DNA of 64,000 bases, from the NCBI GenBank assembly GCA_030295235.1, contig AP026123.1, positions 124,001 to 188,000 on the forward strand. The letters run 5' to 3'. Below, in pieces: positions 12,478 through 24,919 of this stretch (position 1 is its first letter; every line of letters begins with the position of its first letter). This stretch comes from Fistulifera solaris (taxonomy: Eukaryota). The notes beneath the pieces were generated by a model that was given only the letters and a program-made list of their open reading frames with translations, was not told the DNA's origin and made no database searches. The position numbers were made by a program, and so were the translations under genes.

Positions 12478-13882
12478 ATGATACTATCAAGGTGTGTGTC
12501 CCTTGTGATCTTTCTAGGATCTATTGTACCACAAATCGCCTCCTTTCTGGTCGTTCCGCGTCACGGTCGGCATGTCAAGTTCGTCCGTCATATTTTCTTC
12601 GCTGCATCCAAAACAAAAGAAAGTCAAACGGACGTTGAAGTTGTAAATCAGTTGAAAGAACTAGCTCGCATCACGAGTCAAGACTCTACGGCGATATTAC
12701 AGGCGGCACAAATACAACAACAAACGGATGCGTCCTCCGAGTTAATCAATCTACTCTTAGAAATATACGCTTATTCCTGCGACGCGTCCGCGGCACAACA
12801 AGCACAAGACTTGTTGGAGACACAGAGTGAACCGAAAGTAAGCAGTATAGCGTTAGTGATGGAAGGTTGGATTCGACAAGGGAACATTGAGCAAGTGGTA
12901 GCCTTGTATGAAAAGTACGCAAACGATGATAACGACTTGTTATTATTTCACAAGGTTCTTAAAGCGTACGGACGAGCTGGACAAGCTGCCAAAGCGTACG
13001 ACTTACTACAAGAACGTGTGGAGCAAGGCAAGACTGTAGATCAGAAAGCGTGGATTCATGTTTTGCGGGCTCATCGATCCGAGCCGGCAACGATTGAAAC
13101 GATGCTGGGAGAAATGATGACAGGCTTTCGTCGCAAAGAACTAGAAGACTGGTTGCCTACCATTGAAGCGTACAATGTCTTATTGTGGGCGTACAGAGAT
13201 GATGCGGAAGAGGCGGAAAAGTTATTGTACGAACTAATTGCTCAAAGCAAGGAAGGTAATGGTGTCGTGAAACCCAACGCCGAGTCCTTCTATCATCTAC
13301 TCCAAGCATTTGGCAGACTGAAACAACCTTCGGCATTCAAGGTGGAGAACGTACTGCAGCTACAAAAAGCGCTAGGAGTGGAATGTACAACGCAATGCTT
13401 ACAAACAGCCATATATGTGATTTCCAAAAGTCGTGACCACAACAAGGCACAAAAAAGCCAAGAAGTATCTGGAGCTACTTGCGGAAGAAGACGTGACAAG
13501 CAATGTTTATAGCAACGTATTAGCAGCGTGTGCCTACACGTCGGAAGCAGCGAAACCGGAAGACAAGCTGGCTGCTTTTGAAATTGCGTTCAATATCTTC
13601 CAGAAGCTCACCAAGGGTTCAGAAGCAGAGATCTCTTCGCGCCCTTTTGTTCTTATGCTGCGATGCTGTGAAAAATTGATGAAGAACCCTGAAAAACGCG
13701 ATGTCGTGGTGCGCTCGGTGTTTCAAAAATGCTGCGATACCGGAGTGGTCAGCAACAAAGTGCTCGGTACACTGGCGAAGGCCGCCTCAGAATCGTTGCA
13801 ACTGCAGTTGCTCAATGGGTTTGTCGAAGACGGTTTTGAAGTACCGTCGGAGTGGAGTCGAAACTTGATAAATTCTCGCTAA
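12478..13882 (+). CDS. Pentatricopeptide repeat (PPR) protein, probably plastid-targeted; frameshift at the A-run ~13451-13456
   Basis: Signal peptide ending IAS-F; helical ~35-aa repeats (FHKVLKAYGRAG, AYNVLLWAY, YSNVLAACA); C-terminal VFQKCCDTGVVS...VPSEWSRN typical of stramenopile PPR proteins. Confidence 0.8.
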
Positions 13883-13908
13883 AAATTCTCAGGTGATCGA
13901 TGTGGGTG

Positions 13909-15075
13909 TTACAAGCGACGCAATTCTTGAGCCAACACAGAATCCGGTGGACATGTGTGAGGATACAGAATGGCATGCACACGCTGTATATAGCACGGCG
14001 CAAACAGATCGTGAAAGGCGACTGAGTAGGGACCTGCATTGTGTAATTTAGAAAAGCTTGTATTGAATATGTTATCCCAGAATGCTGCTGCACGCGAATG
14101 GAACGAGCGACCTTTTGAAGTTGCTAGGTATAAGGAATGAGGCGAGATATCGTGATAGAGCTGCTGTAGATTCGCGTCACGCGTATCAGAGGGAAACACT
14201 TCCAGTTGTTGTAAGCATATGGATATGAGACGATCCTCGTAGGATGCAACGGTGGACGCATGACAAGCATGAGCATTTTCCACGAACAATGTTAACGCCG
14301 CTCGATTGAGCGTGTAGCCCGGTCCTCCACCGGTAAACACGGTATTACCGTGGGGTATCCATTGACCGAAATGTAAGGGTTGATGGTTCAAAACGTAATC
14401 CTTGAGAAAGAACCGCAAATTTGGAACAATCAAATAAGTATCGTCTCCACAAAGATGAAAGAAGTCGAAATCATTCCGGTAATGCTGATACACATAGCCC
14501 CATATGCTGCGTACTTTTTGCCACATGTTTCCGTAAGCCTCGGCCCCTTCATGTATGAGATACAAAAGACCCAGCTCTGGATGTGTTTCGGTGGAAAACG
14601 CCAAGAAGCCATCACATTGTTTTCCCCAAGTTCGTGCGATGACTTCGACCATATCATGCTGTCGAGCGTGTGTGTAGATAGCGCAAAGAATGCGCGCAGG
14701 AACAACAGACTGCGATGCAACTCGAATTTGTTCTGTTAGAAGCTTCCATCCTCCATCATCTTCCAGTCCTTGTCCGGCACGCAAATCACAAACACTGGGG
14801 CACGCTATCGCATCGTCATTTACTAGGGTCTGTTTTAACAGGTACGGATCCGCAATGTATCCTGAATGATTAGTTGCATCCAATGCATCAAAATAAATAG
14901 AATGAGTGGCGTTCTTGTGGATAGAAGAATTTGTTGTCTTCTGTTGCTGTTCGGTGGGGACGAATTTATCGACTGCTGAAGGAAGGAGAAAGAAATGATG
15001 CAACGAGCGACAGAGGAGTGCGATAATCCCAACAGATGAGAGTATCGCTGTCCTTCTCCATTTCAGCTTGTTCAT
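13909..15075 (-). CDS. Core-1 beta-1,3-galactosyltransferase-like glycosyltransferase (GT31/Fringe-like)
   Basis: N-terminal TM anchor; ILCAIYT, TWGKQCDGFLAFS, MWQKVRSIW, CGDDTY, GGGPGYTLNR and EDRLISICL motifs. Confidence 0.85.
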   Translation of the reverse strand: MNKLKWRRTAILSSVGIIALLCRSLHHFFLLPSAVDKFVPTEQQQKTTNSSIHKNATHSIYFDALDATNHSGYIADPYLLKQTLVNDDAIACPSVCDLRAGQGLEDDGGWKLLTEQIRVASQSVVPARILCAIYTHARQHDMVEVIARTWGKQCDGFLAFSTETHPELGLLYLIHEGAEAYGNMWQKVRSIWGYVYQHYRNDFDFFHLCGDDTYLIVPNLRFFLKDYVLNHQPLHFGQWIPHGNTVFTGGGPGYTLNRAALTLFVENAHACHASTVASYEDRLISICLQQLEVFPSDTRDANLQQLYHDISPHSLYLATSKGRSFHSRAAAFWDNIFNTSFSKLHNAGPYSVAFHDLFAPCYIQRVHAILYPHTCPPDSVLAQELRRL

Positions 15076-16197
15076 AATATCAATGTGTGCGCATAGTATA
15101 GAATATGTTAAGGAAATGCGGTCAGTATTTGGTAATAGCATCAAAAGACTTCATCGTCTCGGCATGACAAATGACAAAATGCAAATGATGCAAGACGTTT
15201 CCTACTCTATTACAAAGAGTAGCTTACTTTTTTCCGACTGACGACTCAACCGGTTTTAGTCCCGAATATTAAACAATCAGTTCATTTATTCTGATACTTA
15301 TTTCGATTCATTCCAATTGATTGGTACAGACTTGTTGATATTGATGATCTCTGATCATTCCCGTGGCTTCATTTGCATTTTTTAATCACCATGCTAGATT
15401 GTGTCCAAAAAGCAACAAAATCATCATCGCGTTGAATGAAGTATCGTGAGTCGTGAGATGTTGATAAAACTCAATCAGTTTGTGTCAAGATTCAAAATTC
15501 TCCCTAGTCTCTGACCATATCTTTGTAACGGACTATTTTCTATCATTTATTAAACAAGTCGAAGGCCATAGCTGGTAAATTTTTACTCCGTAATGGGTAA
15601 TCTTAGTCAGTGAGTAATAACCTATTACCTATTACTCATTGATCTTAGTATCTCTCATCTCTCCTTTGAGAGCCGAAATGGAATTCCGAGTTCCTTTCGA
15701 CACGATTTGATAATAAGTGAACGAGTACCGTACAAGTACCGCAACAATAACAAAAGGATCGATATAAGATCCTCATCAAACGGGACTCAGAAATTTTTGT
15801 ACTGCAGGCGGGCCGCTCTCTGTCTGGCTAAATTAGTCGCAGGAAGCAACTAGCGAGAATGCGCATTCACGATTCAGACTGAGGGCTTATCAAAAGCGGC
15901 CATTGTGTGGGATGAAAAGCGAAATAAAAATTCCACTCACCTCTCACTTTTTCTTTTGATTATAGACACCTACTCGCCTCATACCTCACACATAGTGTAT
16001 TGCTTACTTTTTAATGGATTTAGCAATCACTAATTCTAACTACGGCAACAAAGAATAGAGTTTGCTGATTCGTGATGAGTAGCTGAACGTTCACGGATGA
16101 GTAATTAGATATTCTGCTCACAAAATCAGCTCGTAGGACAAATCACAAATTGGTGAACGCCAAATCGACAACGACTAATTCGAGCACTCGACGAATC

Positions 16198-16893
16198 ATG
16201 AATACCTTTGTGCTTCCATCGTCTAAGCTTTCAGGTCCGAGCCCTGACAAATCCTTTCTATACTCGCCTTTCGATTCTGCAACGCGTCAGTTCCGTTCCA
16301 GATCACTTCCGAATCAGCTTCCGTATGCATCTCTCCTACCGTCAACAACGGATGCTAAAATAATGGAAGCAAGCCGTCGTTTCTCAGCCTCTTGGTTGCA
16401 TTCACCAGAATACTTGACACGCCCTTTGGTGCTGGGGCCCATCGTCATTCTGCCAGTCGTGCCGTTTTACACGAGAAACCACTTTCCTACTGTCCGATCT
16501 TGCTGGCCCCCGGAACATCTCGTCCGGTCTCCAGGTAATGCATTTGGGGTGAACCCAAAGTTGGATGCGTGTTTTCCCATTTCTTCTTCTCTATTTTTAC
16601 ACCCAAGAGCCAATCATCGTGTCGATACAGCGTACGCTGTTGCCTCACCATCTTTTGTCAAGAATCGGTCACCTAACCGTTCTACGATAAAAACGCACAG
16701 AACCCGCGGCAAGGATCTTTGCAAACGTCACCCACGAACATGCAAACACTGCTTACAAAGTACCTGCAAAGGCGCCTCGACACGACGAAGCAAGAGCTTT
16801 CGGTGTTCCACATGCCCCAAGTGTTTAACACAGTGTTCGGGGCGTTGTGACGCCGTAGTGCACCATTCGGCTGTTACAGAACGTCGGGCGTAG
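16198..16893 (+). CDS. Hypothetical protein with a Cys-rich C-terminus
   Basis: A 231-codon ORF in otherwise empty sequence, ending RHPRTCKHC...CKG...CSTCPKC...C...C. No family recognised. Confidence 0.45.
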   Translation: MNTFVLPSSKLSGPSPDKSFLYSPFDSATRQFRSRSLPNQLPYASLLPSTTDAKIMEASRRFSASWLHSPEYLTRPLVLGPIVILPVVPFYTRNHFPTVRSCWPPEHLVRSPGNAFGVNPKLDACFPISSSLFLHPRANHRVDTAYAVASPSFVKNRSPNRSTIKTHRTRGKDLCKRHPRTCKHCLQSTCKGASTRRSKSFRCSTCPKCLTQCSGRCDAVVHHSAVTERRA

Positions 16894-17477
16894 TAACGAA
16901 TCCTCCGCAATCAATGATCGTATCGATGAAATCATTCTTGTTTGTCGAATCATCTTCCATTTGATGCGTCGCAGTTCACTACTTTTCGACCTCGAATCGA
17001 ATGGCATAGTAGATTTACCTGATCTCATCTTTTTTAAAGGAAACTTCTTGTTTGATTATCCTCTTCTTTGTCGAAGTTTTATTGATGATGCCGAAATTTT
17101 GTGCTGTGTGCGATGGTGGAAAAAAAAACGGAATGTCTCTTGACTGAATTGCAGTCGTGGTTACGCCTAAACCAACACTTTAGCTTTATAGTAACATCGT
17201 CCGCCGTTTTGCGCGTTTGCGCTAAGCTGCTTGGTACACAATGGCCGATAGTAGAGAACCTCATGACGTCACACACAAATCTTCGTGGATTGTGTATGAA
17301 AAACCGCAAGGGGACGCGTTGCGCTGTTCCCCCCGCAATAATTTTCAAAGTTCAACGCCACCAAAACGACGAAGCGAAGAAGCACGCGTTCGACCGCAAA
17401 CGTGTCAATGCATTGTAGCTAATTCTCATTCAAAAGACAACTACACATATATTCATTTGATAGCTTTATTTACCGAC

Positions 17478-18955
17478 ATGGTAGAAACAAGCGTCTCGCG
17501 ACTGCCGTTTGTAGTCGCCATCTTTCTTTTTTCTTCCTCTTTCTCGAACGCATTCGTTCTTTCCTCGTTGCCTGTAAATCAAATAAAATGGATACTTCAT
17601 TCTTCACCTTCCTTTACCACTATCGATCAAAACAACAATGACTCTGTCGACGTGATCAACGGCGCTGTCGGCAATACAACTACATCTCTTACTACCGAAA
17701 AGAAACCAACACCCACACTCTACGAAATATTGGGGGCCAAACCGTCGGATACGAAAGAAGAAATCAAGAAGAAATACGTTCAATTGGCGAAAATGTCTCA
17801 TCCGGACGCCATCAAATTCAATGGGAACACAATTGAAGTTGACTTTAACGAAATATCGACGGCATGGTCGATTCTCGGAGATGAAAAGAAACGTCTCCGT
17901 TACGATCGCAGTTTGAAAGCCGCTCAATTTTCTGAAGATTTGGCCGACTGGACGATACAACAAGCACGACCGGCAGCAGACTGGAGTGCCGAAGTCTTGG
18001 AGAAAGTAGCAATTCCCTTTTGTCGACGACGTTCAGTAGTACGCTGGCGCGATTTCAAGCAGCGGCTGCGAGTCTTCAATCACAAAAAGAAAAGGAAGCC
18101 AACAAAAATGGAGTCTTACACAGGCCATGAAAGCCGCAGCACGAGCGGGAAATGCAATTGACAAAATAGATCTTTTAGAGAAGGCGACAAAGTTAGATGA
18201 ACTGGCGGCTGCAGAGGTGCAGAAAGCTTTGCAAGTACAACAGACCTTGAAACAAAAAGCGCTCGAGCGTCTGCGTCTGTCGATTCATACAACCGATTCG
18301 CAATTGACGTCCAGTGAAGCATGGCTCATTCTAGAGTCGATGAATCAGACACAAGTAGAGAATCAAGTTCCAATGACGCGGCAATTGAGTACACTGCAAC
18401 AGCATATTGCCGAGGAGGTCGACATTCTGTCAGGAATTGAGAATGATTTTGTTCAGGCACAACAGTTCGATCAGCAATGGCAGGAAGAGTATCGCACTAC
18501 TGTCAAGGAACGACTTGATGCGAAGAACGCGATGGAACAAGCGCAACGAGAAGAACAGGCGGCACGAATAGCTTACGAACAGGCACAACAAAATACAATT
18601 TTTGCGAGGGAACGACTGGAGTCGATTAGCCGAACTTTGATCAATACAAGCGCGAACGCCAAAAAGTCAAGTTATGAGGTAGAGAGGGAGGAGTGTTGTT
18701 GCGGAGCAACAAGCGGAACGAGTTCGTTCCATGATTTTACAATCCGAAAAAGCCCTGGGTATTTCCACTGTACTCGATTCTTCATCCATTGAAGAAAACC
18801 AAAAACGACTGGAGACTCTAGCAATTTTACGACAAGAAGAACGAGATTTAACAGAGCAAGAAAAGAAAATGGAAGTTCGTGCAGCCAAGTTCATTTCTAG
18901 AGCCAACAAGCTACGAGCCCGAGCCGGCGCTTTGGACAGCAGCACACAACAATAA
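17478..18955 (+). CDS. DnaJ-domain coiled-coil protein, probably plastid-targeted; frameshifted
   Basis: Signal peptide ending SNA-FV; J domain TLYEILG...EIKKKYVQLAKMSHPD...AWSILGDEKKRLRYD; coiled-coil continuation in ORFs 18127-18792 and 18731-18955. Confidence 0.8.
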
Positions 18956-19068
18956 TTAGTGCCTATACCGGAAGGCTAACTGCGTTAGACAACCCTCACA
19001 TATTTAACTACAAGAATACACACCGACAGCCCATAGTAGAACAACTAATACTTAACTTATTAAAAGTC

Positions 19069-20534
19069 TCAAATAAATCCGCCGCCACCACCTATCATTT
19101 GTTGAGGAGTAGGGACGGGTTGCAACATCCATGGGTGAGCTAGAACTTGTTCCAAGCTTAGCCTGTCTTTCGGGTCGAGGAACAACATTCGCTGCAATAG
19201 ATCCATGGCATCACTGCTTAAACCTAAATTCCATTCTGTCAACATTTGCACTAAATAGCCCGCCGTCATGTATTTGAATCGTTCATCTGTCATACAAGCG
19301 CGCTCCCACGGTGGAAACCCAGTCAGCATTAGAAACAAAATGACGCCTGCTGCCCACATGTCGACAGCATGTCCGTCAAACGGCTCCTGGTTTTTGTAAA
19401 TCTCCGGCGACATGTATATCCATTTACCGCACGTGCCTTGCGGTCGAATCAAATATCGCATTGGTTTGGCATTGTATGCTGACTTTGGTATTGAGTTATA
19501 ATACGCGCCATTCGCCGTCGCTGCATTCATGGTCATATTTTGCATTTGTGCCGAAAGGCTTTGCGTCTCCTGTATCGGAATATGGAGACACATACCAAGA
19601 TCAATAATCAACGCCCCCGATTCATGCACCAAAAGATTTTCTAAGCTCATGTCGCGATGACATACACCCGTTCGTTGCAAGTTGGCAATGCCCTGATTGA
19701 ACAAAATGAGAATCGGGTGGTTGTAAAAAGGCGTTTGTCATACACTTCCAAACTTACATTGAGTACCTGCAGCATCCAATACCTTGCCTCTGGTTCACTG
19801 AATTTCTCATTAAGATCGAGTCGTTCAAAGAGTTCGCCTCCTTCACAGAATGGCATGACGGAATATAAAAACCGATCATCACTCAAGAGATCTAGCGGTG
19901 TCATGATATTCGTTGCGAGCATCGAGCGAAAAGACTTGGTGACAAAGTGTTGCGGTTGATCATCGGCTATTGATTGTTCGTAAAAGTCTTTGATATATTG
20001 CATAGCTGCAACTTCTTTGATCGGATCTTCCGCCAGTCGATCTCTTTCTCTACGGATATGCTGCCACGCCATTTCTTTGATAGCACATCGTTCATTAGTG
20101 GACTCCCAATCCGCATTATCACCCGCATATCTCCGACGCAGAACGATTGCTAGCAGGACACGTCCATAGATTGCTTCACGCACCGTTCGCTGCACCCAAT
20201 ACGCGCGTTCTTCTCGTGGATCGGCTGTTATACTAATATCGTCATCCGCCATGCTATCATCCTCCTCCGAAGAACTACTACTCGACATGAAACCATCACT
20301 GCTGCTATTACTCGATTGACTTCCTCTTCGTTTTCGTCGGCTCGGATTAATGACCGTCCGCACAATAACATTTTCCACTGTGGCGATTCGTTCGCGATGA
20401 TAAATCCGCGTGGTGAGGCGTGCACAAGGTAAAGGTTGTACAGCGGGGAATTCCAACGGATCACGGGCTTCCGCACCGATGAACTGACCTTGCCCTATAA
20501 GGCCCGGATAGTCGGAATTGTATTCAAATTGCAT
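19069..20534 (-). CDS. Serine/threonine protein kinase (CAMK-like); intron 19693-19757
   Basis: AIYGRV, CAIK, GGELF, HRDMSLEN, IIDLGM, GKWIYMSPE and DMWAAGV motifs. A GTAAGT...CAG intron joins the two ORFs in frame (VLN|GIA). Confidence 0.92.
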
Positions 20535-21472
20535 GATGCGAACGCTCTTCTTTTTCTTGCATGAAAGAGATTGCTGCCGTGTTTTGCGGACGACCAGAGA
20601 GCGTCACTCGTCTTTGCGAGATAATGAATTGTTGCGTATTGTTATAAGAAGAACAAGAGAAAGATATTATGCAAAAGACCCTGTCGAATGATAGTTGCTG
20701 CCACCTTTTTATTGAGCTCGAGGAGCTCTTTTATCGCGACCAAAAGGCGAGATAACTGGTTGGAGAGGTCGGCAGCTTCCCAAGTACAGTCACAACTATA
20801 CTTGTGGTACGGGTCTGTGAATTCTACTCTTTGCATCCTCACACCGGTACTGATCACTACGGGAGGAGAGAACCGAACGCTTTGAAGCGAAACGTGCACA
20901 TTCTATATCAACTGTACTTTAAACTCTAAAACGTATACTTTCTACATGTTTTCCGTTTACAGATTAGGTTCACCTATTTGTTCCTACAGTGAAAGTTACT
21001 CACTAACACAATCCTAAATATTTATTCCTAATTTCCTAAAGTCCGAATGAATTTTCTCATTCGACTGAATTTTCCACTGTTTTTTCTCTTTTGTCACAAA
21101 TAGTTCCTTCCGTCGTTGAGAGTCACGTAAACTCTGTCACGTGTCAAATAATTCGTCCACGGTTTTTTATTTGCTTTGTTTCGCAACTGCGTCGATGGGT
21201 TTTAAAGAGCGAAACAGTGACCCTTGTTGAGTGCTTCTCATTCTCAAATAAAGCTCTTGTTGCTCCGCTATCGTTCAGCAACTTGTTCCTTTTGAAAAGA
21301 GATATTTTGCTTTGTGCAAACGTGACATCGGATTGAGATTCGCTTCCTTCAAGTCACACCCATTGTGATCGTAAAAATTTTGGCTCTCCCGCTGTGTTTC
21401 ACTCTTCTCTCAAGCGCATTCGATTACACGTGTGCCTTTCTTGTATACTAAAAATAGCCAACCAACTACAAT

Positions 21473-22405
21473 ATGGATGCACTGGAGCATTTGAATGATC
21501 CTCTCATCAATGGAATGTCGAATAGTCTCGATGATCCGGGAGAAGATCACTTGTTTCTTCGAAAAGAGGAAGATCTCATATCGCAACCCATCGCGGCCAT
21601 TACGTTACCCGAGCGTGAGCTATCACTCGATCATGATGATACTCACGATGCGACAGCAGATCATATTGTAGAGGACGAAACAGATGTTGTTGCAGCCTCT
21701 CCCGTCAATGTGTGTCAAATTTGTCAACGCGACGATCAAGATGGACGTCCGCTCTTGCGGTTTCTACCGGTCGATTATCAACAAAGATTCACAGAAGATA
21801 TTTGCCTACATGTGTTTTGTGGGAAAACGGCGACTATTATAGGGCCTTCGCCGCACTTGGAAATATTAACAAAAGCGGGGCTGAAAAACAAACACGGGAT
21901 AGGTCCGGAAGTCAATGCTGCACTGGCTAGAACACGTCATGCTGTCATCCCTGGAGATCCGAAACAATACTATCTAGTCCGAGAATTTGAAACTCATCTG
22001 TCGGATATACGGCAATCGAATCAACAGCGGCTTGTCAATGGAGACTGGGGTGTGCATGCTCCATCTCAATTACAAGCCGCCGTTGCCACCGATGCTGCGC
22101 TCTTTGAGTTTCACGAGTCAGAAGAACATGCTCATGCTGATTTTATCGAGACGAGTCTTCCAGGAGACGATACTCTGGCGACGAATGCTGCCGAAGACCT
22201 CACTTTTGCTCGTGGGAGAAAACGGCGAAGAACGGACGACGCACCATTTCTGCCACAGGTGGAATCGGACGGAAAGCATCGCTGTCTCTGCGGCGGCACA
22301 TACTGGCCTACTGACACACCGAAAGGACAGGCTTCATGGCGGGCTCATCTTGCCACCAAACGTCATCAAAAGTGGCTGGAAGGGGGGAGGAGCATAGTGA
22401 TCTAA
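21473..22405 (+). CDS. Hypothetical nuclear protein with putative zinc-binding motifs
   Basis: Intact 310-aa ORF with CQIC...HVFC, an NLS-like RKRRR, and a C-terminal CLCG...WRAHLATKRH C2H2-like finger. Confidence 0.7.
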   Translation: MDALEHLNDPLINGMSNSLDDPGEDHLFLRKEEDLISQPIAAITLPERELSLDHDDTHDATADHIVEDETDVVAASPVNVCQICQRDDQDGRPLLRFLPVDYQQRFTEDICLHVFCGKTATIIGPSPHLEILTKAGLKNKHGIGPEVNAALARTRHAVIPGDPKQYYLVREFETHLSDIRQSNQQRLVNGDWGVHAPSQLQAAVATDAALFEFHESEEHAHADFIETSLPGDDTLATNAAEDLTFARGRKRRRTDDAPFLPQVESDGKHRCLCGGTYWPTDTPKGQASWRAHLATKRHQKWLEGGRSIVI

Positions 22406-22416
22406 TACGTCGCTAA

Positions 22417-24748
22417 TTATATTTTTTCACTCCCTTTTTCGTCGTTAACATTACTTTTCAATTTCGACATCTTCTTTTGAAATGCCTTGAGAGTCTTGGT
22501 AGCTTGCACGGCTTCTTTATCAGCTTTGATCGTGCTCGAAAGATTTGTGAATATGTCCATAACTGCCGTTGTTACGCCAGCCTTTAGATCACCCGGGTGC
22601 AATGCTTCCGAACGGAAGTCTTTCTCCAAAGCAGTCACGTCTTCGTAATTGCATGTGCCACCATTCTCTTCCGAGCGAGAAATCACCAACGGTGTTTCCT
22701 TCTTCAAACAAAACACAGTAGCCAACGCGATCGGTGGACAGAACACCGTATTTCCTGGTTCACAGAACGCCTTCTTCATCTTGCTTTTGACATTTACCTG
22801 TGATGATTATGAGAACAGTATGAGGACAGCAATAAAAGAATTGTTGCATTAACCAATGTCAAGGAGCAATGAGATCAGTAAGCAGCAAGCAACCGGCAAA
22901 TCCGCCTTACCGCTGGATCATCTGTCAAGTAGTATTCATCGTTCTCGGTAACTAGTGCGTCGGATTCTCGAACCGGTTGAAGGCGAACGTCGAGTTCTTT
23001 CACTATAGTCGCAGTGGGCGCGGTCGAGCTGGGCAGCTTGTGTGAAAAGAATTCCGAAACCAGCTCGGCAACTACTTGATTGCTTTCCTCCAAGCTCATG
23101 GATGCGGGTGCGACTCCCGCAACATCCGCGACTTGCATCAAACGTGCAATTACTCCACCTACGCCATCAGAGTCCACCATGTTATCTCCCATGACCTTGT
23201 CGAGCATAAAATGCCGACCCACGTTGATCACACTAATCCAATAGTTTGATGGATCAGTGAGGATGGCTTGACTCTGGTACTGTACATGCACGGATTCCAT
23301 CAATGTAGCGTCGAGTGCCCTCAACGAAGTAAGTAAGAGTATGTAGAATGCAGCAATGGCCTTCTCATCCGCTTGGTTGGCATTGCACACCATCGCCGAC
23401 CAGTCCGACAGGTACAATACAGTCTTGCGTGGTCCTTCGCCGGCACGTATACGTGCCAACAGATCAACGGCCTGCTGCAGTGTCGGATTGGAATTTGGTA
23501 GGGGAGCAAACACCAAGTGAGCATTCGCTGGAACATGACTGGACAAGTCAAGACGACGAGGCGTGCTTGATGCAGGTGCTGCATCCTTTTGAATTGCTGG
23601 ACCTGTTCGAGCAAATGTTTGGCATTGGCGTCGTTGGTGAAATGATCACGGACTGGTTGCAACAGCCGATTAAGTTCATCAATCAAACCGCGTTTGAGAG
23701 CTTCTTCTGTGATAGATCCCGTTAAAAACGCGTCTTTCACGGCCGCAAAATCATAAAAAGTTTGACCCGCTGCTGTAAACGTGGCACCCGGTGGACTGAA
23801 AATGATATGCTGAATGTAGTCAAGACAAGGATTCTTCAAATTATCCACAGTCAAGTGCATTGATGCCTTTCCCGCGTCTCCTTCCTCATTCGAAGTAATA
23901 ATATTTGTACTTTGCTGTTCTTCCACTGCTGGGCAGTACGCTTGCAGAATCTTGCGCTCGACATCCTCCGTGGTATCTTCCATGAAAATGGCAGAATCGG
24001 GGTCCGATTTGGACATTTTTTCTTGTCCAGCTTTGAGTCCGTACAACATGTGATGCGAAAGAATGATGGGTTTGAATTTCTTGTTGGCGGCATCACAATA
24101 TTCTCGCGCCAACATGTTGACTTTTCGCTGATCGACCCCGAGTTGACAAATATCGGCCTTGAGAAAGAACACGTCGGTGCATTGCATGAGCGGGTAAAGA
24201 ACTTGAGCTGCCGTCAAACTTCCTTCTAAGCGTCCCATGATCTGACAGCACTTTTTAATGCGTGTTATATTGAAGCGCCGAGCTACATCCAACAGGAGGG
24301 GCCAGTAGACTGACGCGTGTTGCGTAATTTCTTCCGAAGCCCACTTGAAAACGACATGATCCAAATTCATGCCCGCCGCTCTCCATACTTCAATGAGATA
24401 TTGTCCGACAATTTTGATTTTCTCCAAATCACCGCCCATCTTGTCATTCATTAACGCAAACCAATCGGCAACCCAAAAGACAAAAGTAGCACCTTCGGCG
24501 GACGTACACTTGTTGACGTTCATGGCTTTGAAGACGCCTTGCGCAATGTGCATTCGCCCGGAAGGCTCAAAACCGTCATAGAGATTGAAACCGACATTTG
24601 TATTGCGGCCTTTTGCTAGCAGCATTCGTTTAAGTTCTTCCGCACTGATGCATTCTTCACCCACCGACAAGATGCGTTCCAAGTCGACTTGATGTGCGTC
24701 CGTCCATTCGAGTGCGGGTTTGATACTCGTGTTACTCGTTTCCGTCAT
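22417..24748 (-). CDS. TyrRS: Double-length tyrosyl-tRNA synthetase (archaeal/eukaryotic type) with a degenerate second TyrRS unit; frameshift ~23585, intron 22798-22910
   Basis: First unit has YDGFEPSGRMHIAQ, YPLMQCTD, QLGVDQRK and KMSKS. Second unit has LSDWSA, YWISVINVGR, KMKKAFCEPGN and LHPGDLK but no HIGH/KMSKS equivalents. Confidence 0.92.
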
Positions 24749-24919
24749 TTCTCATCTATCTATACTATGTCGATATTGAGTTCTTTATGGTAATAGGGGA
24801 AAGCTTAGATAATGAGCAGTAGAGCACTCTTATCAGTTTAAACAAATAAAAGGATCGTCGTTGCGCGTGTTTGAGGTTTGGCGAGAGCTAAAATTGCGGA
24901 GGCCTTACAGACGCAAAAC

